The notes below the pieces were generated by a model. The model saw only the letters and a program-made list of their open reading frames with translations, had not been told where the DNA came from and searched no databases. A DNA stretch of 64,000 bases from the human T2T-CHM13v2.0 reference genome, Homo sapiens, in NCBI RefSeq assembly GCF_009914755.1, contig NC_060943.1, one strand, 5' to 3'. Numbering within the stretch: the stretch's first letter is position 1; each line of letters begins with the position of its first letter. The translations under genes were made by a program, and so were the position numbers. Shown here in pieces: positions 1-11,819 of the stretch.

Positions 1-103
1 TCCCACCATCTTCTGCCCAAACTCCTTCTTCCCAAAGTCTTCTCCCGATCTGCCCAAAATCATTTCCCCACCATCTTCTCCCCACACTTCTTCTTCCCAT
101 CTT
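1..103. repeat. Pyrimidine-rich low-complexity repeat (CCATCTTCTCCC-like), cut by the window start
   Basis: Mostly C/T with recurring cccaccatcttct and cttcttccc motifs. Confidence 0.85.
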
Positions 104-1205
104 GGAAGAGAAGAAGAAGGAGGAGGAAAAGGAGTGGGGAAAGGTGAAGGAGAAGAAGGAAAAGAGGAGAAAGAGAAAAGAAGGGAAGGAGGGTGGAAGG
201 GAAGGAGAGGGGGAGGAAAAGGAGGGTGGAGGGGAAGGAGGAAAAGGAGCATAAAGGGGAAAGAGGAGGTGGAGGGGGTGAAGAAGAAAGAGGAGAAGAA
301 GGGTGAAGGGAGAAGGAAGGTATAGGAGAAGGAGGGTATAGGGGAAGGAGAGTAGAGGGAAATGTGGATGAAGGAAAAAAGGGTGAGGGGGAAGGAAGGT
401 AGAGGGAAAAGAGGGTGGAGGGGAAAAAGAGTGGAAAGGGAAGAGGCTAGAGGAAAAAGGGGGGAGGAGTGTGGAGAGGAAGGAGGGTGAAGGGGAAGGA
501 GGGTGTAGAAGAAGGAAGGTAGAGGGGAAGGAGGGTGGGAGGAAAGGAGGGTGGAAGGGAAGGAGTGTGGAGGGGAAGGAGGGTGGAGGGGAAGGAGGGT
601 GGAGGGAAGGAGGGTGGAGGGAAGGAGGGTGGAGGGGAAGGAGGGTGGAAGGGAAGGGTAGTGGATGGGAAGGAGGGTGGATAGGAAGGAGGGTAGATAG
701 GAAGGAGGGTGGAGATGAAGGAGAAGAAGGAGGATGGAGAGAAAGGTGGGTGGAGGGGAAGGAGGGTGGAGGGGAAGGAGGGCAGAGAGGAAGGAGGGTG
801 GAGGGGAAGGAGGGTGAAGGAGAAGGAGTGTGGAAGGGAAGGAGTGGAAGATGGGTAGAGGGGAAGAAGGAGAAGGAGGGTGGAGGGGAAGAAGGATGGA
901 GGGGAAAGAGGATGGAAGGGAAGGGAGAAAGAAAGGTAGAGGGGAAGAAGGGTGCAGGGGAAGGAGCTGGAGGGGAAGGAGGGTGGAAGGGAAGGATGGT
1001 GGAGAGAAAGGAGGGGAAGGATAGTGGAGGGGAAGAAGGGTGGAGGGGAAAGAGGTGGAGGGGAAGGAGGGTGGAAGGGAAGGATGGTGGAGGGGAAGCA
1101 GGTTGGAGGGGAAGAAGAGGCTAGAAAAATGGAGGAGGTGAGGGGTGAATGGGGAAGAAAAGGTTGGAGGGTGGAAGGGAAGAAGAGGGTGGAGGATGAC
1201 AGGTA
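104..1205. repeat. Purine-rich degenerate tandem repeat, unit about GGAGGGTGGAGGGGAA
   Basis: About 1.1 kb of almost only G/A with the recurring 16-mer; it is the source of the spurious G/E/K/R/W-rich ORFs. Confidence 0.95.
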
Positions 1206-1217
1206 ATGGGCTAGAAC

Positions 1218-2148
1218 AAGTGGTTGTATTAGTATAAATTCCCACCAGCAGTGTAAAAGCCTTCTCTATTCACCACATCTTTGACACTATTTATTGTTTT
1301 TGATTTTTTAATTATGGCCATTGTAGCTGGAGTAAAGGGTATCTCATTGTGATGTTAATTTGCATTTCCCTGATAATTAGTGATGTTGAGCATTTTCTAT
1401 ATGTTTGTTGGCTGTTTTCATGTATTCTTTTGAGAATGGTTTATTTATTTCCTTTGTTCACTTTTTGATGGGATTATTTGTCTTTTTCTCGCTGATCTGT
1501 TTGAGTACCTTGTAGATTCTGGATATTAGTCCTTTGTCAAAAGCATAGTTTGCAAATATTTTCTCCCCCTCTGTGGGTTGTCCATTTACTCTGCTGATTA
1601 TTTGTTTTGCTGTGCAGAAGCTTTTTGGTTTGATTAGGTCCCATTTATCTATTTTTGTTTATGTTGCCTTTGCTTTTCGGTTCTTGGTTATAAGCCAATG
1701 TTTAGGAGAGATTATCTGATGTTATCTTCTAGAATTTTTATGGTTCCACACCTTAGGTTTAAGTCTTTGATCCATCTTGAGTTGATTTTTGTATAAGGTG
1801 AGAGATGAGGATCCAGTTTTATTCTTCTACATGTGGCTTACCTATTATCGCAGCTCCACTTGTTGAATAGGGCATCTTTTCCCCACTTTGTTTTTGTTTG
1901 CTTTATGGAAGATCAGTTGTCTGTAAGTATTTGACTTTATTTCTGGGTTCTCTATTCTGTTCCATTGGTCTGTGTGGCTGTTTTTATACCAATGCCATGC
2001 TGTTTTGGTCACTATAGCCTTGTAGTATAGTTTGAAATCAGGTAATGTGATGCCTCCAGATGTGTTGTTTTTACTTAGTCTTGCTTTGGCTATGAGGGCT
2101 CTTTTTGTGTTCCATATGAATTTGTGTACATTGATTTTGTATCCTAAA
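1218..2148 (-). mobile_element. LINE-1 ORF2 3' region fragment (old L1PB/L1MA-type)
   Basis: Antisense L1 hallmarks: ttcccaccagcagtgt, tttgcatttccctgataattagtgatgttgagcattt, tttgctgtgcagaagcttttt, tagccttgtagtatagtttgaa. Confidence 0.9.
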
Positions 2149-2194
2149 ACAACCTCATCCTTCTTCTAGTAATATTGCTCCAGATATCTCATTA

Positions 2195-2292
2195 AATTTG
2201 ATCATTGCACAACATATGTATGCCCTGAAACATAATATTTAACCCCATAATTGTGTACAATGATTATGTGTCAATTAAAAAGAAAAAGAAAG
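2195..2292 (+). mobile_element. L1MA-type extreme 3' UTR end with A-tail
   Basis: ttgatcattgcaca...ccccataattgtgtacaatgattatgtgtcaattaaaa resembles the L1MA 3' terminus. Confidence 0.6.
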
Positions 2293-3109
2293 GGGCAGGA
2301 GTGGTGATGAGAGAGGAACTGGGCCAGGGCTGACGTTTTGCTGCAGGCAGGGGCAGTGATACCCTTCAGGCTTTAAGCAAGTGTGTTGTCATCTCTGTAA
2401 GTCGAGCCCCATGTCTCTTCTAGTGACATGAAAGACCAGGAAGTGCACTTAGCACCTAGGAACCTGCCAGATAGTTCATGTGGGTTCGCATTTGGGGGCA
2501 CAGTATAAAGGCTGAGTCTTTTTAATGTCTCCACCTCCACCCCCACAAACAGGATGGCAGAGTTTCATTCTCCTGCAAGACACAAATGACCCTACTTTCC
2601 TACTTAACCTCCCCCGGGAAACAGCAGGAAAAAGATCATGCCCAGTAAGCTGCTTGAAGAAATGGGTAATGCTCCTATGCTAATTTCATGTTTCAATCCT
2701 TTATTGTATTTTCTTTAACAATCGAATTTCGCTTTCAAAATTAATGCATTAATTAAACACTATATCCTGTTCCCAGCAGCCTAATTATCTTTGCCATGTA
2801 ATCTGTTAAAAGAGCTGGATTAAAATATTTGATTTTAACACATGATTTTCTAAGACAGTTTTCTAAGTGTCCAATATTTGCTAATTGAAGAAAAAATTAC
2901 TGCTAATTCTGGCCTAAATATTGCCAGTAATAAGCAGCCACATCACCCCATCTCCTGCTGCTTCCGCCACCATTTCCACAGAATCCAACTTCCACCAACC
3001 TGAGGATCTGAAGAGTTTGTTGGGAAACTCCCCCGCACCGACAACCCCAAGCCTGATTCTAGCTATCAGGCGGATTTATGCCTTGCATTGTATAGAGGTT
3101 AAAGACATA

Positions 3110-3266
3110 TGCAAATTCAAGTCTTGGTACTGCTACTGACCTCTCTGGGCTTTAATGACCACAAGGCATTAGTGTATTTTGTGAATTAACTCTTATATAC
3201 ACCACTTTTATTTACACACTTAGAACAGCGCCCAGCACACAGCTAGAGCTATGGAAGCATTTGCGA
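3110..3266 (+). mobile_element. MIR fragment (3' end)
   Basis: cacttagaacagcgcccagcacacag matches the MIR 3' core (cttagaacagtgcctggcacatag). Confidence 0.6.
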
Positions 3267-3373
3267 CGATCATCATCGTCATCATCATCATCATCATCGT
3301 CATCATCATCATCATCGTCATCGTCAACATCATCATCGCCATCATCGTCGTCATCATTATCATCATCATCATT
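3267..3373. repeat. Interrupted (ATC)n trinucleotide repeat, about 35 units
   Basis: Directly visible; GTC/AAC/GCC/ATT interruptions. Confidence 0.97.
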
Positions 3374-3522
3374 GCTTCTACTACAATCAAAGGCTTTTTC
3401 AGGAGAGGTTCTAATGGGTCATTTACTCTGTGGTGTAAATTTAAGACACTGGGGGAATCTGCAATAACGTCCTAGCCTTAACGGTAAAACAAAAGACATT
3501 GCTTCCATGTTAAAATTATTTC

Positions 3523-3770
3523 ACAGAAAGACAAATATCGCATGTTCTCACTCATAAGTGGATGATAAATGTGTTCATGTGGACATAGAGAATGGAATGA
3601 GAGAGAAGGGGACTGGGAAGGGTGCCAGGTGGGAGGGGTAAGGATGATGAAAAATCAGTTAATGGGTACAATGTATGTTATTCAGGTAACAGATACCCTA
3701 AAAGCCCTGACTTGACCACTATGAAGTCTATGCACATAATTACACATGTACTCCACAAATAAAAATAAGT
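3523..3770 (+). mobile_element. L1 3' end fragment (L1PB/L1MA-type)
   Basis: gacaaatatcgcatgttctcactcataagtgg ... aatgggtacaatgta ... aaaagccctgacttgaccactatg, followed by an A-tail. Confidence 0.85.
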
Positions 3771-4110
3771 GAAAATTTAATATCTATATGTTTTAGGCTA
3801 AAGGGAGGTGAAGGCCCCACAGGGTGAGTTTTCCTGCCTGAAGGAAACTTCCCAGGGGAGCTCTGTCTGCCTGGACCCCAGCACGCAGCAAGCCTGGCCA
3901 GCTTTCCCCTACCCACCTCCCCAGTAGAGGAGTCACCCAGAGCCCATCCTGCTTCAGCCCAGGCACCGGCAGAGCAGGCACTCCTGGGGGAAAGTGAGAG
4001 TGAGACAGGCTGGAGTCTCATCAATTTCACACTCAGCAGATCCAGAAGGAGTTTATTTCAGTATACGTGTGTACTTTGTGAAATTGAAGAGGAAAATATC
4101 TACATGCATG

Positions 4111-4169
4111 TGCACACACACCACACACAAATATATACACACAAATACACACACACATACACACACACA
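4111..4169. repeat. (CA)n/(TA)n compound microsatellite
   Basis: Directly visible. Confidence 0.85.
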
Positions 4170-4275
4170 ATTTTGATCCAGTTCTGAGCAAATGCATCTA
4201 GAGGAGGAAAAATGTTTGTGGGCTGAAAATAGACAAGGGTACCTCCTATTCTCCCAACAGCTCAGAGTTGAGCAG

Positions 4276-5133
4276 TGTTAACTTAAAAATCACAAGATGT
4301 ATAAATTAGAAAAGGAGGCTTTCTTATAAAAGGGTACAGCCTACAAGGTGGCTGTCCGCAGGCTGGGAAGCATAGCCTTTGGCCAAGACCAGAGACAGGC
4401 ACTCTGAAAGAGAAGGGGTTTGGGACAGGAGCTCTATGCTGAGCAGGTTGGCCAAACATACATATTCAACAGATTGCAGGAGAAGCCATGAATATTCATG
4501 AAGGTGGTCCTGATATATGCATGTGACTATATATGATGCATATTCACTTTGGGGATGAGACAACATTTAACTGTATTAGCCCATCCAAAGGCCTTTTCAG
4601 AACACAAGGCACATGACTGTAGAACTTCCAAAAACCAGCCAGAACTAGTCCATGGTCAGCAGTCTCTGATCGGGAGAAAGTTACTGAAATCAGCCTCTTA
4701 TCTAGTACAGGCTGCAGTTATGGCTGGTGGGACAGGGGTCAGTTAGCCTGCGTCTGTGAGCTGGGTAACTTGTAACTGTTTTAACATTGCTTATCTCCAG
4801 GCCAGTGCTTGCTCAGCTGCTGGAGTTTTGAAAAGAAACACCTGTGACAGAGCACAGTTTCTCCTTTAAGTGTGGGAGTGTGGGGCAGGATCTTAGGTCC
4901 AGGTTACAATTTGGTATCTATTGCCACAAAAGTCCATTCTGCCAGTCTTACGATCTCTATTTTAACATGAACGCTGGTCACTTGCTGTGTCTGAACCAGA
5001 AAGGAGAGGGGTATAAAGAGGCATGTCTGACCGCCCATCCTGTCATGGCAGGAACTCAACTTCTCTGGGTCCCCTTCACCACAAGGCATGTCTGTTTAGT
5101 TGATGAGGCTTAGGATTTTATTTTTAGTTTACA
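4276..5133 (-). mobile_element. Solo LTR, ERV1 MER4-group (MER49-like)
   Basis: TG...CA termini; the minus strand starts tgtaaactaaaaataaaatcctaagcc (MER4-group start); perfect 4-bp TSD GCAG at 4272-4275 and 5134-5137. Confidence 0.85.
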
Positions 5134-5916
5134 GCAGAGAGAGTTTTTCCACCCTGGGTACTGGCAAAGTTTGCTCCCTCCCTCCTCCTGGGGTCTGCAG
5201 GGGGTGGGGAGGGGCAGTGCAGGGGGCTCCAGCCCTCAGCTGCAGGCCAGGCGGACAGGGCAGGACACAGCTGCCTGATTCCAGCCCAACATCAAAGCAC
5301 CCACATAGCCCAGATCAGAGCAGAAAAAAATGTAAAATGACAGAAAGTTGCTTTTATGTGAATGCACCCAAGCCATGTTGGATCACTGTTTAGAATGATT
5401 TGGTATTTCTTTTATTGTTTTTTTTTTTTATTTAGTCAGTGATTTAATTATGAGAACAGCAAATAGTGTTAAAGCTTCATGAGGCGCCAATAGTCCGGGA
5501 GGCCTGAAAGAGTAAATACAATGATACTCTGTCATGAAATCTACTGAGTGCCTTGCAGCCACCGGCTCATAGCATTTGGCTCTGCTCCCAGAGAGGCATA
5601 AACAATGCAAAAACCCATAATTACTGTGTCAGTCACAACATCCCTGCAGAATACCGAGTTCCACCCCCGGCTGCTGGCTTCCTGGCATTGGACAAGGTGC
5701 ACAGCCACACCGTCCTCTGCTGGAGAGACCCCAGCGACTAGGCAGCCATGGACACCCAGTATTCTTAGGACTCCTGCCCAGGCCTCCATCTCCCCCCACC
5801 CAGAGATGACAGCAAGCACAGCCCAGCCTGCCCCATTTCTTGCTATTCACAGACTTCCAGGGAACTGGGGCTGTGGGCAGGTCTTCCTTCCTCAACTTCA
5901 CCCAGGGGGCTCCAAC

Positions 5917-6429
5917 TGTAAAAGAAAATAAAACTTAGGACCCTCTGAATGTATTATGCCGAGGAGGAAGGCAAGCCCTGGGGAATGAGTCATGTAGCAT
6001 ATTTGCAGTTTTTCTTCTTAGATGAGAGTTTAACTCTTCCTTGTTGTTGTTCTGTAAATGACTAATCATGGGTTATTATAGATTAAATGATTATAGAGCA
6101 AATGTTATATATTAAATTATATAGGTTAAATGATTACCATAAAGTCTTGTACCCAACTCAGACCAGATGGTGTCCAAGACCTCAGCACGGTTACAGCCTT
6201 AATGTGGAAGGTTAAATATACGTTTTCTGAAAGAAAAAGACCACCTCGTCTAATCAGATCACTTATGACTATGCAGTAAGCCTCTCATAGAAAGATGTTT
6301 AAATTCTGTTAAACTTTTTTAGGCTTTGTCTGTATACGTGATGTCCTGGGTGGGCCTGTCCTCAACTTTGCGCTTGAATAAACTTTCTTTAAACTAGATT
6401 CAGATCCTTTTGATTATTTTAGGTCATCA
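5917..6429 (+). mobile_element. Solo LTR, ERV1 MER4-group
   Basis: Starts tgtaaaagaaaataaaac, has AATAAA near 6377, ends ttaggtcatca; TSD CAAC/CGAC. Confidence 0.75.
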
Positions 6430-6466
6430 CGACCACTGGGTTCCTAGATATCCTTCTCCCTAGAGC

Positions 6467-6740
6467 AGTGCTGTCCAATTAAATATAATGCAAGCCACAT
6501 ACGTAGCTTTAGATCTTCTAGTTTAAAAAAATTAACTGCAGTCATGTATCTTATCTATCCCAATATGTCCATAATATTAGTATTTCAATGTGTAAGCCAT
6601 ATTAAAAAATATGAAACAGATATTTTACATTCTTTGGCACTAAACTTTTGAAATCAGGTGTGTACTTGCCACAGCTCATCCCAGTCTAGCCACATTTCAG
6701 GTGCCAATAGCCACGTGCAGGTAATGGCACCATATAGCCC
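6467..6740 (+). mobile_element. MER33 (hAT-Charlie non-autonomous DNA transposon)
   Basis: cagtgctgtccaat...aaatataatgcaagccacata ... tagccacatttcaggtgccaatagccacgtg matches MER33. Confidence 0.8.
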
Positions 6741-7969
6741 AGGGAACCAAAATGGTCTCCCTGAGCCACAGCCTGCCCTGGGCCCTGTGAGCCTGGAACA
6801 GCCCCACCATCACCCCACTGTGGCTTTGGAGATAAAGGCAGGGAGGGATTCCATCACAGGGAGCCTGCACCTCCATCTGCCCCTAGGAGGTTCTGCCCCA
6901 AACATTTTAGTCCCCATGTACACATTCCCAAAGGAGCCTGGACAGCCTGCCTAGCAGCCCCTGCCTCCAGCAACTGCTGCTGCAGTGGAGGAAGACACTA
7001 GCTGCCCTCTGCCCCCTCCCTCCCTGCCAGTCATCAGAGAATCTGTGCCAGCCCAACCTGCCCCTCCAGTCCCCTACTTCCCTGCCCCACTCCCTCCACC
7101 CAAGCGTTTCTTGAAATGCTGCTCAGCCTGTCCTCTGCTCCCCTGTAGATACCTCACAAAGAGGCCCTGCTGAGCAGTTCAGTTTCCAGTGGTGCAAATA
7201 AATAAAGTGGTTGGTGTTTCAGATAAAAGAGGAGAGATTCCCAGCCTCCCCACTCCCAGGGGAGCGCTGAAATCTCCTGCACTGCTGCTTTTCACTGGGG
7301 GATGGCTTACAGAACAGCCCCTTCTGGAAGACCCCCACCCCTCCTGCCTTTAACTCCAAGGACCCTGAGGTCAGATTCCCTCCTCTTGTCTGCTCAAATA
7401 TTCTGATTCTCCCTTCAACTTCTGTTCCTTTCCTCCTATATTCAAGGAAAAAGTGTCTTTTTTTTTCTGGTTCCAAGCAAATCCTACCTCTTGAAGCCCT
7501 GGTCCTGTCTTTACTCCTCTACTCAGGCCTCAGTCACTCAGTCTCTAGTCTCTTGCACCTTCAGTCTCTGCTTCTCCCTAGTCTCTTTCTGCAGCCCCAA
7601 AACAAGTCTCTTCCCTCAGCCATCACCACCAGCTCCCACTGCAACATACCTCAACCTCCTGGTTATATCTATTTCCTTCACACTCCTTTCTCCCTAAGCC
7701 TTTGCAACCTGACTTTCTTCTCCATCCATCCTAACTCTCAGAGGTCATCAGGACCCTGGTCACACACATTCTCACTGTCTACCTCTCAGAGTCACCTGTA
7801 GCATGGGCCAACACTTTCTCTTCCTGTCACCTTTGCACAGCACGTGGGCCTGTAGGTCTTCTCCAGGCAGCCGCAGCACGGTCTTTGCCCCTCTGTGATA
7901 GTACCCAGGCTCTGGAAGGGGTTGCCACTTGCTAAGGCCATGGGGTTCTTGATTTTGGAAACCATGACA

Positions 7970-8500
7970 CTCATCCATTCAGTTAGTCGTTCAATGAGTA
8001 TTTTTTGAACAACTGCCACAGTAGGTGACCAGCCTGAGTCAGATACTGGGGATCCAGCAGTGAACAAAACAGAAAGGCCTCTGAGCTCATGGAGCTTGTG
8101 TTCTACTTGGAGAGACATGATGTAGGCAAAAAACAACAAATTAAAAAATTCAAGATAATTGCAGATAGTGGCAAGTGCTATGAAGATATAGAAGCAGAGT
8201 GATATGATGAGAAAGAGAGGTTTATGGGGGGTCATTTTTTAAATTTAATTTAATTTTATTTTTTAGAGACAGAGTCTCACTCTGTCACCCAGGCTAGAGT
8301 GCTGTGGTGCAATCATAGCTTACTGCAACCTCGAACTCCTGGGCTTAAGCGATCTGCCCACCTCAGCCTCTCAAGGAGCTGAAACTACAGGCATGCACCA
8401 CCATGCCCGGGGAGGGCAATTTATAATAGATTGACCAGCCAGGGAAGGCCTAGCTCAGGAGGAAACACCTAATCTGAGGCCTGAGTAAAATAACGGCTTC
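7970..8500 (-). mobile_element. L2 3' end fragment interrupted by an Alu monomer
   Basis: catccattcagttagtcgttcaa tail, ggggatccagcagtgaacaaaacaga, ctcatggagcttg are typical of antisense L2. Confidence 0.7.
8235..8410 (-). mobile_element. Alu monomer (FRAM/FAM or AluJ right arm)
   Basis: T-tail followed by gagacagagtctcactctgtcacccaggct...actacaggcatgcaccaccatgcccgg. Confidence 0.9.
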
Positions 8501-8911
8501 AGCCAGGCTGACATGTGCGGATGGCAGCGTCACAGATGTCCACGCTGTTCACAACTGGCATCCTTTCTAATGGGTCAGTGGTCACGACTGGCTGCTTAGT
8601 CTCTATCTCTTCTGGTCCCAGTTATGATAAAATAAACAGTCAGAGCACAAGTTGCAAAGACCTCGCGACAGCCAGGCATGGGGGTGGGGGGCAGGAATGT
8701 GACAAGTGTGGAGGGTCCCATACCTTACCTGCATTCCTTACCTGCCTCAGTAAGGTGTTTGGATTTTACTCTCAGGGCCTGGGAGGGTGTTGAGCAGATT
8801 TCAGCAGGAGAGCTACATTCTCTGATTTGCATTTTAACAGGCCACTCCAGCTGCTGTGGAGTGTGTATTTTAGGAAGATGGGAGTGAAAGCAGAGGGTCT
8901 GGATGGGAGGC

Positions 8912-9270
8912 TGTCATTGTCCGGGTTCCTAGAAACAGACGCTGGTCCAGTATAAGTAGTTTTTTTAGGAAGTGTTGCCGGAAGACTGGTAGGGGCAAAG
9001 GGAAATGAGATCTGGAAGGGAGGGCAGCCAGCCCAGGGTGTCCGCAAGCAGGTTCCCACTGTCAGCAGCTGGAGTTTGATCCCGCTGGGCCCTAAGGACC
9101 GCAGTGGAGAACACATGTCTCAGATCTGTCTTGCCCCAGGGCTGAGGGCATTTGAGAGTTATCACACCAGCCCAGCACTCCTGGCCTGATTTGTGTGGGC
9201 AGAGAGGCTCTGACAAAGAGACACAGGGGCTGGCAGGGGCAAGTCAGGGCATGGGGCAGGGCCCTGATAG
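8912..9270 (-). mobile_element. Old ERVL LTR remnant (LTR33/LTR16-like)
   Basis: tgtc...ccgggttcctagaaacagacgctg...aagtagttttttta resembles the reverse complement of an LTR33/16 3' end. Confidence 0.45.
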
Positions 9271-9345
9271 CATCTGCCACCCAGAGGAGAGACCATGCTG
9301 GCCCGGAATGGAGTGGCAGAAACAGTGATTAAAAGAGAAGTCAGA

Positions 9346-9643
9346 GGCCTGTAATCCCAGCACGTTGGGAGACTAAGGTAGGAAGATTGCTTGAGGCCAG
9401 GAGTTTGAGACCAGCCTGGGCAACATAGTGAGAACCCCATCTCTATCAAAACAAAAATAAAAATAAAAATAAAAGTGAGCAGGTTGTAGAGGCAGAAACT
9501 TGTAGTCCCAGATACTGAGGAGGCTGAGGTGGAATGATCGCTTGAGCCCAGCAGTTTGAGGCTGCAGAGCTATGATTGATTGCACCACTGCACTCCAGCC
9601 TGGGCAATATAGTAAAGCCCTCTTTCTAAAACAAACAAAAAAA
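9346..9643 (+). mobile_element. AluJ
   Basis: Dimeric Alu with J-type positions (gcttgaggccaggagtttgag, gcttgagcccag, gaggctgcag..agctatgat) and an A-tail. Confidence 0.93.
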
Positions 9644-9654
9644 TTTAAGAAACA

Positions 9655-9824
9655 TGAGGAATGAAGTTGTAATAAAAGCTACAACGCAGATGAACCTTGA
9701 AAAAATAACAATATTTAAGCACATTTTAAAAAACTAATAATACCAAAAACCATTTAACTGAACACGCTAATGAGTGAATTGTATGGTATGTGAATTATAT
9801 CTCAGTAAAGCTGTTTTTTTAAAA
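9655..9824 (+). mobile_element. L1MB/MC-type 3' end fragment
   Basis: gatgaaccttgaaaa ... gtgaattgtatggtatgtgaattatatctcagtaaagctgtt. Confidence 0.7.
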
Positions 9825-10410
9825 CCAGAGGGAACAGTAAAGAGAATCAGAATACGAGTTAACCCACAAGACTGGCTGATGAACTGGATGTCCTGGGTGA
9901 GCTGATGACTGAGAGACTTCAAGACCTGCAGCTGGGCACAGATGGGGGTGCTCTGCCTTGCCAACCACTTATGCCAAGCTGGTTGGAAGCTGCCATTGGT
10001 CTTGGTTTCTCCAGCCTAGGAGGTCACAGGGAACTGGCCAGGGAAGGGCTGGAGAGCTTGCAGCTTTATGCAGTCTTAGGCAAAGCCTGTTTTTGAATCT
10101 CACGTCCTTGGTTTCTCTTCCCAGGCACACTCTTAGCACAGCTCACTGTAGCTCCTCAGCCCACTGTAACGTGCCCTATTCCAGGGAGCTGGGCATCTTT
10201 GGGTCACAGTCCTTCCTTTTCAGCCAATTTTTCGCGAGTCCACAAAGAGCTGCCACTAGGAAGCAATCAGATGCTGCAGTTAGAGAGGCCGGGGAGGAGG
10301 ACACACACACCCAACCTGGGAACAGCATGAGTCATTTCCCTCTGTGCCTGTGGATGGACGCCCGGCCAGACAAGGCTTTTATCTTTAACTGACTCTCAGA
10401 AAGTTGGATT

Positions 10411-11819
10411 CATTTTGTTTTTAATTTTTATGGGTACATAGTAGGTGTATATGCTTATGGGGTATGTGAGATATTTTGACACAAGCATGAAATGTGTAAT
10501 AATCACATCAGGGTAAATGGGGTACTCATCCCCTCAAGCATTTATCATTGTTTTGTGTTATAAATATTCCAATTATACTCTTTTAGTTATTTTTAAATGT
10601 ATAATAAATAATCATTGACTGTAGTCACCCTGTTGTGCTATCAGATACTAGATCTTATGTATTCCTTCTAATGATATTTTTGTATTCATTAACATCTCCA
10701 CTTTCCCCTCTGCTCTCCTCCGCATTACCCTTCCCAGCCTCTGGTAACCATTCTTCCATTCTCTATCCCCATGAGTTCAATTGTTTTAATTTTTAACTCC
10801 AACAAGTAAGTGACAATATATAAAGTTTTTCTTTCTGTGCCTGGCTTATTTTAGTTAACATAATGGCCTCCAGTTCCATTCATGTTGTTGCAAATGACAG
10901 GATCTCATTATTTTTTATGGCTGCATAGTACTCCATTGTGTATAAGTACATTTTCTTTATCCATTCATCTGTTGATGGACACTTAGGTTGCTTCCAAATC
11001 TTGGCTATTGTGAACAGTGCTGCAATAAACATGGGAGTGCAGACATCTCTTCAATAGCCTGATTTCCTTCCTTTCAGGTATATACCCAGCAGTAGGATTG
11101 CTTAATCATATGGTAGCTCAATTTTCAGTTTTTTGAGAAACCTCCAAACTAATCTCCATAGTGGTTGTACTAATCTACGTTCCCACCAACAGTGTACAAA
11201 TGTTCCCTCTTCTCCACATCCTCGCCAGCTTTTGTTATTGCCTGCCTTTCGGATAAAAGTCATTTTAGCTGGAGTGAGATGATATTTCAATGTAGTTTGA
11301 ATTTGCATTTCTCTGATGATCAGTGATGTTGAACACCTTTTCATATACCTGTGTGTCACTTGTATATCTTCTTTTGAGAAATGTCTATTCAGATCTTATA
11401 TTGGGTTATTAGGATTTTTTTTTTCTATAGAGTTGTTAGAGCTCCTTTTATATTCTGGTTATTTTTCCCTTGTCAATGAGTAGTTTGTAAATATTTTCTC
11501 CTATTGTGTGGGTTGTCTCTTCACTTTGTTTATTTTTTTCTGTGCAGAAGCTTTTTAACTTGATGTGGTCCCATTTGTCCATCTTGCTTTAGTTGCCTGT
11601 GCTTCTAGGGTATTGCTCAGGTATTAGCCCAGGCTAATGTCCTGGTGAGTTTCTTCAATGTTTTCTTTTAGTAGTTTCATAGTTTTAGGTCTTAGAGTTA
11701 AGTCTTTAATCCATTTTGATTTGATTTTTGTATATGGCAAGAGATGGGGTCTAGTTTCATGTTTCTGCAAACAGATATCTGGTTTTCCCAGCAACATTTA
11801 TTGAAGATACTGTCCTTTT
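10411..11819 (-). mobile_element. L1MA2/3-type 3' 1.4 kb (3' UTR plus ORF2 C-terminus)
   Basis: tatgggtacatagtaggtgtatat...aataatcacatcagggtaaatgggg 3' UTR; ORF 11102..11359(-) translates L1 ORF2 ([17 protein letters not shown]). Confidence 0.92.

Noticed and set aside
134-1206. G/E/K/R/W-rich ORFs up to 217 aa
   Set aside because: Products of a purine-rich repeat that lacks stop codons; non-ATG starts and no domain content.
1218-2292. Possible twin-primed (inverted) L1: antisense body followed by a sense 3' tail
   Set aside because: Several hundred bases are missing between the pieces, the subfamilies may differ, and I found no TSD.
3251-3475. Poly-Ile transmembrane-like ORF and poly-Ser ORF
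   Set aside because: Translations of the (ATC)n microsatellite.
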